38,419 bases of DNA, from NCBI GenBank assembly GCA_031372565.1, contig JANMLN010000026.1:1-38419 (forward strand). Reading direction: 5' to 3'. The stretch comes from Gemmatimonadota bacterium. GTDB taxonomy: Bacteria > Gemmatimonadota > Gemmatimonadetes > Gemmatimonadales > Gemmatimonadaceae. Below, piece by piece: positions 17,732-27,375 of the stretch (position 1 is its first letter; each line of letters begins with the position of its first letter). Made by a program: the position numbers and the translations under genes. The notes under the pieces are model-generated. The model was not told where the DNA came from and made no database searches. It was given only the letters and a program-made list of their open reading frames with translations.

Positions 17732-20013
17732 CAGAAGGCCTGTCCGAGGCCGAAGTGGAACACGAGGCGCGAGGCGAGGTTCACATCGGTACGTGGCACG
17801 AAGGTGGCGGGGCACTCCCCGCTGCCCTTCGTCACCGCGCCGGTCACGAGGCTGATGCGGTCTGAGGTGCCAGGACTCACGCACAGCAGCTTGCCGCTGC
17901 CCACCGTACTGCTCGTGATCGGAAAGAACGCGGGGGCCACGGCCTTGCCGTACGGGTTGTAGCCGACGTCGACCCGGAAGAGACCGAAGGCGGTGGCGAG
18001 CCGAAGGCCAAGACCGGGGGTGATGCGCACGTCATCGAAGCGGAAGAGGTCACGCGCCGAGCGCTGCACCTGTCCCGCATCGACGAACGCCGCCATCGAG
18101 ATCGGCCCCAGTATGCGCGGGGCGCGCACACGCAGCTCGAGATTGGCCACGAACGAGGCGTTGCCGCCCAGCGGCGAGACACGTCGCACGCTCATGCTGT
18201 CGCGCGCCACGAGCGCTGCCGTCCGCGCAACGGGATCCACGTTGACCGTATCGAAGCGGGTGGGCGTCCCCATCACGTAGAGCACATCACCCAGCTGGTT
18301 CTGCCCGTAGCCGCGCACCGAGTTCTGCCCGCCCACGAAGAAGCGCTCCTGCAACGGCACCGTACCCGCATCCGACGCGATGCGCGTCACCGCGCCGAGC
18401 TGCATGTGCAACGCGAGCGTGACACTCGGACTGAGCGGGCGGAAGAGGGTGATGTCGGCCAGCGCCCGATCAAAGGTCCCCGCGGCGCCTGCCAGACTCG
18501 CGGCACCGATCCGGTTCTCGAGGCGCACGCGCGCACCGATCCGCGGGTCGAGCAGGCCGCCGGTCAGGTCATACACACCGCCCAACGACAACACGCCGAT
18601 CGAGCCACCGGTTTGCCGCTGGATCACCTCGCTCGACGTGCACGCCCCGAAGACCAGGCACGACACGGCCTCGTCGGCATCGGTGCGGCCGTACTCGTAG
18701 CTGAGCGCGGCGTTGCCCGTGATCCATGGCGGAAATGGCGCGTTGAGCTGCAGCCGCAACCCGATCGGCGTATCGCGCCGGTACGCGAATGCTTCCGAGC
18801 GGCTTTCGGAGTAGAGCGTGGCCAGCGGTGAGATCTTCTTGCCGAACAAGTCAGTGAGCCTGGTCGTGGCACCCACGAAGTAGTTGAGCCGATCGCTGAA
18901 CGGGTCGTTGCGCACCACGCCGGCGCACAGTCCCGGCGCAAACGCGAGCGGCGCCCCCACGCCGAGCTTCGACAGCCGCGTCTCCAGTTCCAGACGCCGG
19001 GCCCGACCGAACGGCGACCGATCCACGTAGCGGACCTGTGCGCGGAAGCAGTCGAGCGTCGCCCAGCCGACGCCGGTGCGCAGCGAGCGCGTCGACGTCT
19101 CGACCAGATTCACCGTCAGCCGCAGGGAGTCCGCGTCCGGGCCAGGCGGCATCGCGCTCGTGTCGATGCGCACGAGCGCGTAGCTGTCGAGTTCGAACAG
19201 GTCGCGCTGGCTGCGCAGGAGGAGCGACGGACTCGGGACCGTGCCCACCGCGAGCGCGAGGCGACGCCGGACCGACTCCTCGCTCACGCGCGGTGCCACG
19301 GAGCCGGCGTTCGCACGGACCACGATGTTCACGGCGCCGATGACCACGGGGCGCCCCGGCCGGTAGCCGACATCAAGCCACGCCCGGTTGCGCAACGAAT
19401 CGCGGACCAGGCGGAGCGACGGCGGTCGCGCCCGTACATGGCCGCGCTCCTTCAGCAGCGCCTGCACCGAGTCCACGGCTGACAGCAGCTCGGGCTCGTT
19501 GAACGGGATCCCACGGAACTCGCGGAGCAGCGCGCTCGCCGTCTCGCGCACGGACGCGAGCGAGTCGAGCCCGCGAATGCGCACACTGTCCAGCACCGTG
19601 CGCGGCCCTTCCACGATCGTGAACACGACGTCGACCACCTGCGGGCCTGCCGTCTTCACCGCGAACGAGGTGTGGGCCCTGAAGAGACCGTGCTGCAGGT
19701 GGAGCGCGCGCAGCCGCTCCGTGTCGCGCGCCAACTCGAGCGAATCGAGGCAGTGCCGAGCACCAAAGGGTAACCGCGTGGTTCGCCGCCACCAGGAGGT
19801 CGCCTCGGTCGCCATCGCCTGCCGTACCTCGGCCTCCGATGGCTCGACGGCACCTTGCACGATGATCCGCCGCACTTCGAGCGCACCGCGGTCGCACGCG
19901 AGGTCCTCCTGCGCGCGAACAAGCTGCGGACGCACGAGCGCCGCCAGCCCCGCGACGACGGACGTCAGGCCAAGATACGTCGCACGGTTCCAACCCAGCT
20001 GGCGCAGCGGCAT
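17731..20013 (-). CDS. Omp85-family outer membrane protein (TamA/BamA-like, POTRA + barrel)
   Basis: POTRA-like repeats, 'ERFFVGGQNSVRGY' loop motif, 'GLGLRLATAFGLFRVDVG' and C-terminal 'GLGQAF'; translationally coupled to tamB. The exact start is uncertain. Confidence 0.88.
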   Translation of the reverse strand: MPLRQLGWNRATYLGLTSVVAGLAALVRPQLVRAQEDLACDRGALEVRRIIVQGAVEPSEAEVRQAMATEATSWWRRTTRLPFGARHCLDSLELARDTERLRALHLQHGLFRAHTSFAVKTAGPQVVDVVFTIVEGPRTVLDSVRIRGLDSLASVRETASALLREFRGIPFNEPELLSAVDSVQALLKERGHVRARPPSLRLVRDSLRNRAWLDVGYRPGRPVVIGAVNIVVRANAGSVAPRVSEESVRRRLALAVGTVPSPSLLLRSQRDLFELDSYALVRIDTSAMPPGPDADSLRLTVNLVETSTRSLRTGVGWATLDCFRAQVRYVDRSPFGRARRLELETRLSKLGVGAPLAFAPGLCAGVVRNDPFSDRLNYFVGATTRLTDLFGKKISPLATLYSESRSEAFAYRRDTPIGLRLQLNAPFPPWITGNAALSYEYGRTDADEAVSCLVFGACTSSEVIQRQTGGSIGVLSLGGVYDLTGGLLDPRIGARVRLENRIGAASLAGAAGTFDRALADITLFRPLSPSVTLALHMQLGAVTRIASDAGTVPLQERFFVGGQNSVRGYGQNQLGDVLYVMGTPTRFDTVNVDPVARTAALVARDSMSVRRVSPLGGNASFVANLELRVRAPRILGPISMAAFVDAGQVQRSARDLFRFDDVRITPGLGLRLATAFGLFRVDVGYNPYGKAVAPAFFPITSSTVGSGKLLCVSPGTSDRISLVTGAVTKGSGECPATFVPRTDVNLASRLVFHFGLGQAF

Positions 20014-20207
20014 CCTCCCGTACGGTTCAGTGTAATTGCTGAAGTTATGCTCGGGTATCCCTCACTCGTGCTGGTGTGTCGTCACGAGAGACCGTACCTG
20101 TCGGCGCTCGGTCGCCGTCCGGCCCGTCTCGGCCGCCTCGGTCATCCGCACCGCGCACCGCACGCAACGTGACCGCACCGACCGGCAACGAGCGGACCGC
20201 GCGCCGA

Positions 20208-22736
20208 CTACGTACGCCGCTTGGCGCGCGTCGTCGGCTCCGCACGCAGCGGATCGTCCGGCCACGGATGCCTGGGATAGCGACCACGCAGTTCCTTCCG
20301 CACCTCGGCGTACGACGACTGCCAGAATGCACCGAGATCGCGGGTGACCTGCACAGGCCGATGCGCCGGCGACAGCAACGTGATGACCACGCGCACCCGG
20401 CCTTCGGCCACCGTCGGTGTCGTGGCGAGCCCGAACAGTTCCTGCACGCGCACGGCCATGCCCGGCGCGGCTGGATCGGCATAGTCCACCCGCACGCGAC
20501 TCCCGGTGGGCACGGTCAGATGGCTCGGCGCGAGTTGGTCGACGCGTGCGCGCCCCTGCCAGCCGAGGCGCGTGACGATCGCCGCGCTCATGTCGAACGT
20601 GACGAGCGCGTCGGGGCGCGCCCGCTCCCCGAGCGCGGGGAGGAGCCACTCCTCGAGCGCCGACAGCAGTGCGGCATCGCTCACGTCCGGAATGGACGGA
20701 TCGAGCGTGCGCGCGAAGGCAGCGCGCTGCTGCCAATCGCGCGCTCCCTCGCGCCACGACAGGGCGTCGAGTCCGTGCTCGGACACGTAGGTGGTGAGCG
20801 CGCGCGCCACGAGCGCGGGGTCATCCGCCTCGCGCGGATGCGAGCCGAGGACGATCGCGCCCAACCGCTCGATACGGCGCGCTCGCACGCGACCCGCGCC
20901 GGCGTCCCACCGCACGTCGTCTTCGGTCGTGATGGCACTCCCCGCGATGCTGCGCACGTCGGCGAGAGAGAGCGGAGCTGCCAGGAAGATGCGCGCGTCC
21001 TGCGCCGCGCCGTCGACCTCGGCGATGGCGAGCCACTCACTCATGGCGAGCCCCTGCGGGCCCGCGAGCACGGCACCGGTGCCGCCGCGCATCACGTAGC
21101 GAGGCGCTTCGCCATCGCGCCGCTTGGCCACGCGCTCCGGGTAGGCAAGCGCGACGAGCAGCCCGGCCTCGTGCGTGTCGGCGCTCGCACGGCCCACGCC
21201 GAGCGCACGACGCAGCTGATCCGCTTCGTCGCGCACACGCCGGAGGGCGCCGTGATCGGCATCCAATCCGTGTGCGGCGAGTCCGGCCGCCCCAGCACCG
21301 TGCGCGAGGGCTTCGAGCCGCAGGCGCAGATCGACCTCGGCCGGCCCAGCCGCGGTTGAGCGTGCGCGCAGGATGTCGCGGTCGGCAAGCAACGCGGCGA
21401 TGTCACACGCGAGCGATCCCAACCCGCGATCCCGGGCGATGAGCAGCAGGTGCGCGAGCCGCGGATGCAGCGGGAGCGCCGACATCGCCCGGCCGTGCGC
21501 GGTCAGACGACCGGCGTCATCGAGCGCGCCCAGCTGCACGAGCAGGGTACGGGCGAGGGAAAAGCGTGCGGGATTCGGCGGATCGAGCCAGCGCAGGACG
21601 AGGGGATCGTGCACCCCCGCGGCCGCGAGATCGAGGGCGAATGGCGCAAGGTCGGCGTCGGCAATCTCCGGCGGCAGTCGCTCGAGTAGCCCCGCCTGTT
21701 CGTGCTCGGCCCACAGCCGCCAGCATTGACCGGGCGCCACGCGCCCCGCGCGACCGCGCCGCTGCTCGGCACTCGCCTTCGAGACGCGCACCGTCTCGAG
21801 GCGCGTCATCCCGGAACGTGGCGAGAAGCGCGGCACGCGCACCAGTCCGGCGTCGATGACCACGCGCACTCCTTCGATCGTGAGGCTGGTCTCCGCGATC
21901 GTCGTCGCCAACACGACCTTGCGCACCCCCGGCAGCGACGGCGCGATTGCCGCATCCTGATCAGCAGGACTCATCGTGCCGTGCAGCGGAAGCACGCGCA
22001 CGCCCGGCGGAAGCGCCGCGTCCGAGAGATTCGCCTCCACCCGGCGGATCTCCCCGGCGCCCGGCAGGAAGACCAGCAGGTCGCCGTCGGATTCGGCGAG
22101 CGCCGCGCGCACGGCCCGACTCGCCTGCGCCTCCACGCGCTCCTGCGCCCGAGGCTCCAGGTATCGAACCGCCACCGGGAAGATGCGCCCTCGGCTCTCG
22201 ATCACCGGCGCGGCTCCGAGGAGCGACGCGACGGCGGCGCCGTCGAGCGTCGCGGACATGACCACGAGTCGCAGTTCCTCCCGTACCGCCGCCTGCGTTT
22301 CGAGCGCCAGCGCGAGCCCCGTATCCGCCACCAGCGAGCGTTCGTGGTATTCGTCGAACAGCACCACCCCGATCCCGTCGAGCGTCGGGTCGTCGAGCAG
22401 CAGGCGCGTGAGAATCCCCTCGGTCACCACCTCGATGCGCGTGTCGCGTCCCACCTTCGTGTCGCCCCGTACGCGATAGCCGACGGTCTGGCCGACGCGT
22501 TCGCCGAGCGAGTGCGCCATGCGCGCGGCGGCGGCACGCGCCGCCAGGCGACGCGGCTCGAGCATCACGATACGCTGCGCGCCAAGCCACGATGCGTCGA
22601 GCAGCGCGAGCGGCACGCGCGTGGTCTTTCCGGCGCCCGGCGAGGCGACGACGACCGCGGCGCGACCCGTGGTGAGCGCGTCCAGCAACGCGGGCAGCGC
22701 GTCGTCGATCGGAAGGGGAGCGGCGAACGGTGGCAT
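20208..22736 (-). CDS. hrpB: ATP-dependent helicase HrpB
   Basis: 'PGAGKTT', 'EPRRLAAR', 'DEYHER', 'MSAT', 'ATTIAETSLTIEG', 'QRRGRAGR' and the HrpB C-terminus 'ELRGRYPRHPWPDDP'. Confidence 0.95.
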   Translation of the reverse strand: MPPFAAPLPIDDALPALLDALTTGRAAVVVASPGAGKTTRVPLALLDASWLGAQRIVMLEPRRLAARAAAARMAHSLGERVGQTVGYRVRGDTKVGRDTRIEVVTEGILTRLLLDDPTLDGIGVVLFDEYHERSLVADTGLALALETQAAVREELRLVVMSATLDGAAVASLLGAAPVIESRGRIFPVAVRYLEPRAQERVEAQASRAVRAALAESDGDLLVFLPGAGEIRRVEANLSDAALPPGVRVLPLHGTMSPADQDAAIAPSLPGVRKVVLATTIAETSLTIEGVRVVIDAGLVRVPRFSPRSGMTRLETVRVSKASAEQRRGRAGRVAPGQCWRLWAEHEQAGLLERLPPEIADADLAPFALDLAAAGVHDPLVLRWLDPPNPARFSLARTLLVQLGALDDAGRLTAHGRAMSALPLHPRLAHLLLIARDRGLGSLACDIAALLADRDILRARSTAAGPAEVDLRLRLEALAHGAGAAGLAAHGLDADHGALRRVRDEADQLRRALGVGRASADTHEAGLLVALAYPERVAKRRDGEAPRYVMRGGTGAVLAGPQGLAMSEWLAIAEVDGAAQDARIFLAAPLSLADVRSIAGSAITTEDDVRWDAGAGRVRARRIERLGAIVLGSHPREADDPALVARALTTYVSEHGLDALSWREGARDWQQRAAFARTLDPSIPDVSDAALLSALEEWLLPALGERARPDALVTFDMSAAIVTRLGWQGRARVDQLAPSHLTVPTGSRVRVDYADPAAPGMAVRVQELFGLATTPTVAEGRVRVVITLLSPAHRPVQVTRDLGAFWQSSYAEVRKELRGRYPRHPWPDDPLRAEPTTRAKRRT

Positions 22737-22814
22737 GTGGAGGGAAAGATGGCTGCGAGCGCACGGTCCGCGCGCTATCGTGTCCATGCTCGCCCACCCT
22801 CAGCCTCACGCGCC

Positions 22815-24122
22815 ATGCTGCCACGTCTCGCCCGATTGCTCGCTGCGTTCGGTCTGCTCTTGTCGGTTGTCCCGGTCCTGGCAGCGCAGGAGAAGTCGCC
22901 CCGGCGAATCGCCGTGAAGGCGGCGCGCCTGATCGACGGAACCGGAGCCGCCCCGATCGCGAACGTGGTCGTGTTGATCGAAGGGGACCGGATCACGGCG
23001 GTCGGGTCCGGCATGACCATCCCGAAGGGGACGGAAGTCGTGGACCTCGGCAGTGCGACCCTCATGCCGGGCTTCATCGACTGCCACACGCACGTGACGG
23101 GGCAGCCCGGCGACTTCTACGACGATCTCTTCCGCAAGAGCCCGATCGATTTCGCGGTCACGTCGCACCTGTACGCACGCCGCACCCTTGACGCCGGCTT
23201 CACGACGATCCGGAATGCCGGTGCCTCCGAGTACGTGGATGTCGCGTTGCGCAACGCGATCACGCGGGGCGACATCGCGGGCCCGCGCATCATCGCGGCG
23301 GCGCACGCCATCGGTGCCACTGGCGGACACGGCGACCTGAACGGCATGAGCCCCTACCTGCGTTTCGAGGGAACCTCGGGCATCGCCGACGGGCCGGATG
23401 CGATTCGCAAGCAGGTACGCACGCAGATCAAGTACGGCGCCGACGTGATCAAGATGATCGCGACCGCCGGGGTGCTGTCGGAGGAGGAATCGGTCGGCGC
23501 ACCCCAGTTCTCGCTCGACGAGATGAAGACCATGGTGGACGAAGCCGCCATGTGGGGCCGCAAGGTGATGGCGCATGCGCACGGCACCGAAGGGATCAAG
23601 CGCGCCATCCGTGCGGGCGTCGCCTCGATCGAGCATGGCTCGCTCATCGACGACGAGGGGATCGAGATGGCGAAGGCGAAGGGCACCTTCCTCGTGATGG
23701 ATGTCTACAACGACGACTACATCCTGGCCGAGTACGGACGGCTGGGGTACCCGGAGAAGATCCTCGCCAAGGAGCGCATGATCGGCCGCCTCCAGCGCGA
23801 GAACTTCCGCAAGGCGGTCAAGGCTGGGGTGAAGATGGCGTTCGGCACCGACGCCGGCGTGTACCCGCACGGCTGGAACGCGAAGCAGTTCGCGACGCAG
23901 GTCGAGTGGGGGATGACGCCGATGCAGGCGATCGTGTCGGCCACGTCGAGCGCGGCCGAACTGCTCGGGCAGAGCGACCAGTTGGGGACGGTGGCCGCCG
24001 GCCGATGGGCGGACCTGGTGGCCGTAAGCGGCGATCCGCTGGCGAACATCAAGGAGCTGGAGAAGGTGCAGTTCGTGATGAAGGGCGGCGTGGTGTACAA
24101 GCAGGGCGGCGTGCCCAAGTAG
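22815..24122 (+). CDS. Secreted metal-dependent amidohydrolase (Xaa-Pro dipeptidase-like), paralog of 2763-4100
   Basis: Signal peptide; 'PGFIDCHTH', 'GADVIK', 'AHAHG', 'SIEHG' and 'FGTDAG' motifs. The real start is 22815, inside the long ORF call. Confidence 0.9.
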   Translation: MLPRLARLLAAFGLLLSVVPVLAAQEKSPRRIAVKAARLIDGTGAAPIANVVVLIEGDRITAVGSGMTIPKGTEVVDLGSATLMPGFIDCHTHVTGQPGDFYDDLFRKSPIDFAVTSHLYARRTLDAGFTTIRNAGASEYVDVALRNAITRGDIAGPRIIAAAHAIGATGGHGDLNGMSPYLRFEGTSGIADGPDAIRKQVRTQIKYGADVIKMIATAGVLSEEESVGAPQFSLDEMKTMVDEAAMWGRKVMAHAHGTEGIKRAIRAGVASIEHGSLIDDEGIEMAKAKGTFLVMDVYNDDYILAEYGRLGYPEKILAKERMIGRLQRENFRKAVKAGVKMAFGTDAGVYPHGWNAKQFATQVEWGMTPMQAIVSATSSAAELLGQSDQLGTVAAGRWADLVAVSGDPLANIKELEKVQFVMKGGVVYKQGGVPK

Positions 24123-24148
24123 TCGTCCTGAGCGCAGCGAAGGACCTG
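24122..24148 (+). repeat. REP-like locus E: single, 3'-truncated copy
   Basis: GTCGTCCTGAGCGCAGCGAAGGACCTG; its first G is the last base of the upstream TAG stop. Confidence 0.93.
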
Positions 24149-24295
24149 TTTGTTGCCGTCTATGCCGCGTCGGTGCTCGCCGGCTTTCACGCATTCGTGA
24201 CGCTCTACGAGGAACCGGCACTCGAGGCGCGCTTTGGCGACGGCTACCGCGCCTATCGGTCGCGCGTACCGCGCTGGCTTCTGCCCCGTCGCTGA
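24149..24295 (+). pseudogene. 3' remnant of an isoprenylcysteine carboxylmethyltransferase/PEMT-family gene
   Basis: Translates to 'FVAVYAASVLAGFHAFVTLYEEPALEARFGDGYRAYRSRVPRWLLPRR*', the characteristic EE-x2-L-x3-FG-x2-Y-x2-Y-x3-VPRW C-terminus. There is no 5' portion, and it begins at the end of repeat E. Confidence 0.78.
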
Positions 24296-24339
24296 CGCCG
24301 GCGGCCGCGGGCTCGCGCGCCGTTCGGCACGCCTTGCGT

Positions 24340-24369
24340 TATTTCGATATTTCGTTAAATATTGAAATA
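24340..24369 (+). promoter_or_regulatory. Putative ArsR operator overlapping the ars promoter
   Basis: AT-rich inverted repeat TATTTCGATATTT-CGTT-AAATATTGAAATA (12/13 match) ending at the arsR ATG; a -35-like TTGCGT lies at 24334-24339. Confidence 0.75.
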
Positions 24370-24728
24370 TGCAGATCGCCGACGCCCTGATCGCCTTGGC
24401 TGCCCTCTCTCAGGAGACGCGCCTGAGCGCCTTTCGGTTGTTGGTCGCCGAGGGCCGGCAGGGGCTCGCCGCGGGCGTCATCGCCGACCGCCTCCGCGTT
24501 GCCCCGGCAACGCTCAGCTTCCACCTCAAGGAACTGACACGTGCGGGCTTGGTCGTGCCGCGGCAGGAGGGGCGATTCGTGTACTACGCGGCGGCATTCG
24601 ACCAGATGCACGACCTGCTCGCCTTTCTCACCGACAACTGCTGCGTCGGAGACGGGGGCGACTGCGCACCTGCCGCGCTCGTGCGCCGCCGCGCGGCGCG
24701 CCCACCACGCCCCCGGACCACCGCATGA
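24369..24728 (+). CDS. arsR: ArsR/SmtB-family As(III)-responsive repressor
   Basis: 'LAALSQETRL', HTH 'PATLSFHLKEL..AGLV' and C-terminal 'NCCVGDGGDC' metalloid site. Confidence 0.93.
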   Translation: MQIADALIALAALSQETRLSAFRLLVAEGRQGLAAGVIADRLRVAPATLSFHLKELTRAGLVVPRQEGRFVYYAAAFDQMHDLLAFLTDNCCVGDGGDCAPAALVRRRAARPPRPRTTA

Positions 24729-25210
24729 GCACCTCGGTCCTCTTCCTCTGCACCGGCAACTCCTGTCGTTCCATTCTCGCCGAGGGCACGTTCAACCACG
24801 TCGCGCCGGACGGCTGGAGCGCCATGAGCGCCGGCAGTCATCCCACCGGGACCGTGCACCCGCGCTCGCTCGCCTTGCTCGCGCGTGAAGGGATCCGCAC
24901 GGACGGGTACCACAGCAAGTCGTGGGACAACCTCCCGGCCACCCCCGATATCGTGATCACCGTGTGCGCGAGCGCTGCCGGTGAGACGTGCCCTGCCTAC
25001 CTCGGCCCGGCCATTCGCGCACACTGGGGCGTGGACGATCCCGCGCACGCCACGGGAACGGACGAGGAGATCGACGCGGCGTTCATGCGCGCGTACCGCA
25101 CCCTCCGCTCGCGCATCGAGGCAATGCTCGCGCTCCCCCTCGACGAACTGCGTCACGACCGCGGGGCGTGTCAGCGCGCCCTGCAGCAGATCGGCGACAC
25201 CATCACCTGA
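24725..25210 (+). CDS. arsC: Arsenate reductase, LMW-PTP/thioredoxin-type
   Basis: 'LFLCTGNSCRS' P-loop, 'ITVCASAAGETCP' and 'HWGVDDP'; ATGA overlap with arsR. Confidence 0.93.
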   Translation: MSTSVLFLCTGNSCRSILAEGTFNHVAPDGWSAMSAGSHPTGTVHPRSLALLAREGIRTDGYHSKSWDNLPATPDIVITVCASAAGETCPAYLGPAIRAHWGVDDPAHATGTDEEIDAAFMRAYRTLRSRIEAMLALPLDELRHDRGACQRALQQIGDTIT

Positions 25211-25237
25211 GTCACCCGCCTTGACGGAGTGAGTTCC

Positions 25238-25609
25238 ATGCCCACGCTTCGCGTGTTCGACCCGGCCCTCTGTTGCAGTTCGGGCGTGTGCGGCTCGGAG
25301 GTGGATCAAGCGCTCGTCACTTTTGCCGCGGACGTGGCGTGGCTCACGGCGCATGGTCAGGTCGTGGAACGGCTCAACCTCGCGCAGGAACCGCTCGCGT
25401 TCGCGAACGAACCGCTGGTGCGCGAGCGGCTCGAACGGGACGGCGACGCAGCGCTCCCGGTCCTGCTCATGGACGGCGCCGTGCGGCTCGTCGGTCGCTA
25501 TCCCTCGCGCCGCGAACTCGCCGAGTGGAGCGGCCTCGCGTACGTGGCGCCCGAGCCGAAGCCCTCGTCGCGCAGACTCGTGATCGTCAGTGCGGAGTCG
25601 TCACCGTGA
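25238..25609 (+). CDS. arsD: Arsenite metallochaperone ArsD
   Basis: 'VFDPALCCSSGVCG', 'RLNLAQEPLAF' and 'GRYPSR' motifs; GGAG 8 nt before ATG 25238. Confidence 0.93.
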   Translation: MPTLRVFDPALCCSSGVCGSEVDQALVTFAADVAWLTAHGQVVERLNLAQEPLAFANEPLVRERLERDGDAALPVLLMDGAVRLVGRYPSRRELAEWSGLAYVAPEPKPSSRRLVIVSAESSP

Positions 25610-27375
25610 GCTTCCTCGACAGGCCGCCGCGCTTCCTGTTCTTCACGGGCAAGGGCGGCGTCGGCAAGACATCGCTCGCCTGCGCGTCCGCTGTGCAGCT
25701 GGCCGACGCGGGCCGTCGTGTCCTGCTCGTCAGTACCGATCCCGCGTCCAATGTCGGCCAGGTCTTTGGCGTCACCATCGGCAACCAGGTCACCGCAGTG
25801 CCGGGGGTCGCCAACCTGTCGGCACTCGAGATTGACCCGCCTGCGGCAGCGCAGGCCTACCGCGACCGCATCGTTGGCCCGGTGCGTGGCGTTCTGCCGG
25901 ACGACGTCATCCGCGGCATGGAGGAACAGCTCTCGGGCGCCTGCACCACCGAGATCGCGGCGTTCGATGAGTTCACGGCGCTGCTGACGGACGGGCCCCT
26001 CACCACGGGATTCGATCACGTCATCTTCGATACCGCACCAACGGGGCACACGATTCGCATGCTGCAGCTGCCGGGCGCGTGGACCGACTTCCTCGAGCAC
26101 GGAAAGGGCGACGCGTCCTGCCTGGGGCCGCTGGCTGGCCTCGAGAAGCAACGCGCGCAGTACCACGATGCCGTGGATGCGCTCGCGGACCCCGCGCGCA
26201 CGCGCCTCGTGTTGGTCGCGCGCGCCCAGCGGTCGAGCCTCCAGGAAGTCACGCGCACACAGCATGAACTCGATGCCATCGGCATCGCAAACCAGTACCT
26301 CGTGGTGAACGGCGTCCTGTCGGCGAAGGACGCGCAGGGTGACCCGCTCGCCACCGCCATCCGTGCGCGTGAAGATGCGGCCCTGCGCGACCTCCCCGAC
26401 GCACTCCGCGCGCTGCCGCACGACACCATCTCGCTCAAGCCGGTGAACCTCATCGGGCTCGCCGCCCTGCGCTCCCTGCTGGGGCCAGAGGTGCCGTCAG
26501 CGCGACAGGAGGTCGCGCACCTTCCGATGATCGATGTCGATCCTCTGGCCACGCTCATCGATGCCATCGAGGCCGATGGCAAGGGTCTCGTGATGCTCAT
26601 GGGCAAGGGCGGCGTGGGCAAGACGACGCTCGCTGCGGCGATCGCCGTCGAACTCGCCCATCGCGGACACGACGTGCATTTGACGACGTCGGATCCGGCC
26701 GCGCACCTCGCCGAAACGCTGCACGGCGCTGTCGCCCGCCTCACGGTGAGCCGCATCGACCCGGTGGCCGAAACCGAGCGGTATCGCGCCAGCATCATGG
26801 CCAGCAAGGGAGCAAAGCTGGACGACGCCGGCCGCGCGATGCTCGCGGAAGACCTGCGTTCGCCGTGCACGGAGGAGATTGCCGTCTTCCGCGCCTTCGC
26901 GGGCGCCATCCACGAGGCGGCGCGACAGTTCGTCGTGATGGACACCGCCCCCACGGGCCACACACTGCTCTTGCTCGACGCGACGGGGGCATACCACCGC
27001 GAGATGGTGCGTCAGGTGGGTGATCGCGCGGTGCGGTTCAAGACGCCGATGATGCAGTTGCAGGACCCCGTGCTGACCAAGGTCATCATCGTCACCCTGG
27101 CCGAGACGACGCCGGTGCTCGAGGCCGCCGCGCTGCAAGGCGACTTGCGCCGGGCCGGTATCGAACCGTGGGCGTGGGTGATCAACAACAGCCTCGCCCT
27201 CGCGGCACCGGTCGCGTCACTGCTGCGGCGGCGTGCGCAGGCAGAAGTTGCTCAGTTCGCGCGCGTTCGAACGCTGTGCGCCGCACGCATCGCGGCGATC
27301 CCGTTGCTCGCCGACGAACCGGTGGGAGAAGAGCGGCTGCTGCAGCTCGTGCACCCGGCAACCCTGTCGTCCTGA
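25606..27375 (+). CDS. arsA: Arsenical pump-driving ATPase ArsA
   Basis: Two 'GKGGVGKT' and two 'DTAPTGH' motifs; metalloid Cys in 'SGACTTE', 'ASCLGP' and 'SPCTEE'; GTGA overlap with arsD. Confidence 0.95.
   Translation: MSFLDRPPRFLFFTGKGGVGKTSLACASAVQLADAGRRVLLVSTDPASNVGQVFGVTIGNQVTAVPGVANLSALEIDPPAAAQAYRDRIVGPVRGVLPDDVIRGMEEQLSGACTTEIAAFDEFTALLTDGPLTTGFDHVIFDTAPTGHTIRMLQLPGAWTDFLEHGKGDASCLGPLAGLEKQRAQYHDAVDALADPARTRLVLVARAQRSSLQEVTRTQHELDAIGIANQYLVVNGVLSAKDAQGDPLATAIRAREDAALRDLPDALRALPHDTISLKPVNLIGLAALRSLLGPEVPSARQEVAHLPMIDVDPLATLIDAIEADGKGLVMLMGKGGVGKTTLAAAIAVELAHRGHDVHLTTSDPAAHLAETLHGAVARLTVSRIDPVAETERYRASIMASKGAKLDDAGRAMLAEDLRSPCTEEIAVFRAFAGAIHEAARQFVVMDTAPTGHTLLLLDATGAYHREMVRQVGDRAVRFKTPMMQLQDPVLTKVIIVTLAETTPVLEAAALQGDLRRAGIEPWAWVINNSLALAAPVASLLRRRAQAEVAQFARVRTLCAARIAAIPLLADEPVGEERLLQLVHPATLSS

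Noticed and set aside
20026..20043. TTCAG-N8-CTGAA palindrome upstream of the Omp85 gene as a regulator site
   Set aside because: Only 5-bp arms and a single occurrence, so it is not distinguishable from chance.
21702..22814. N-terminal extension of the 806-aa amidohydrolase ORF
   Set aside because: It is antisense to hrpB and the intergenic gap; the signal peptide begins at ATG 22815.
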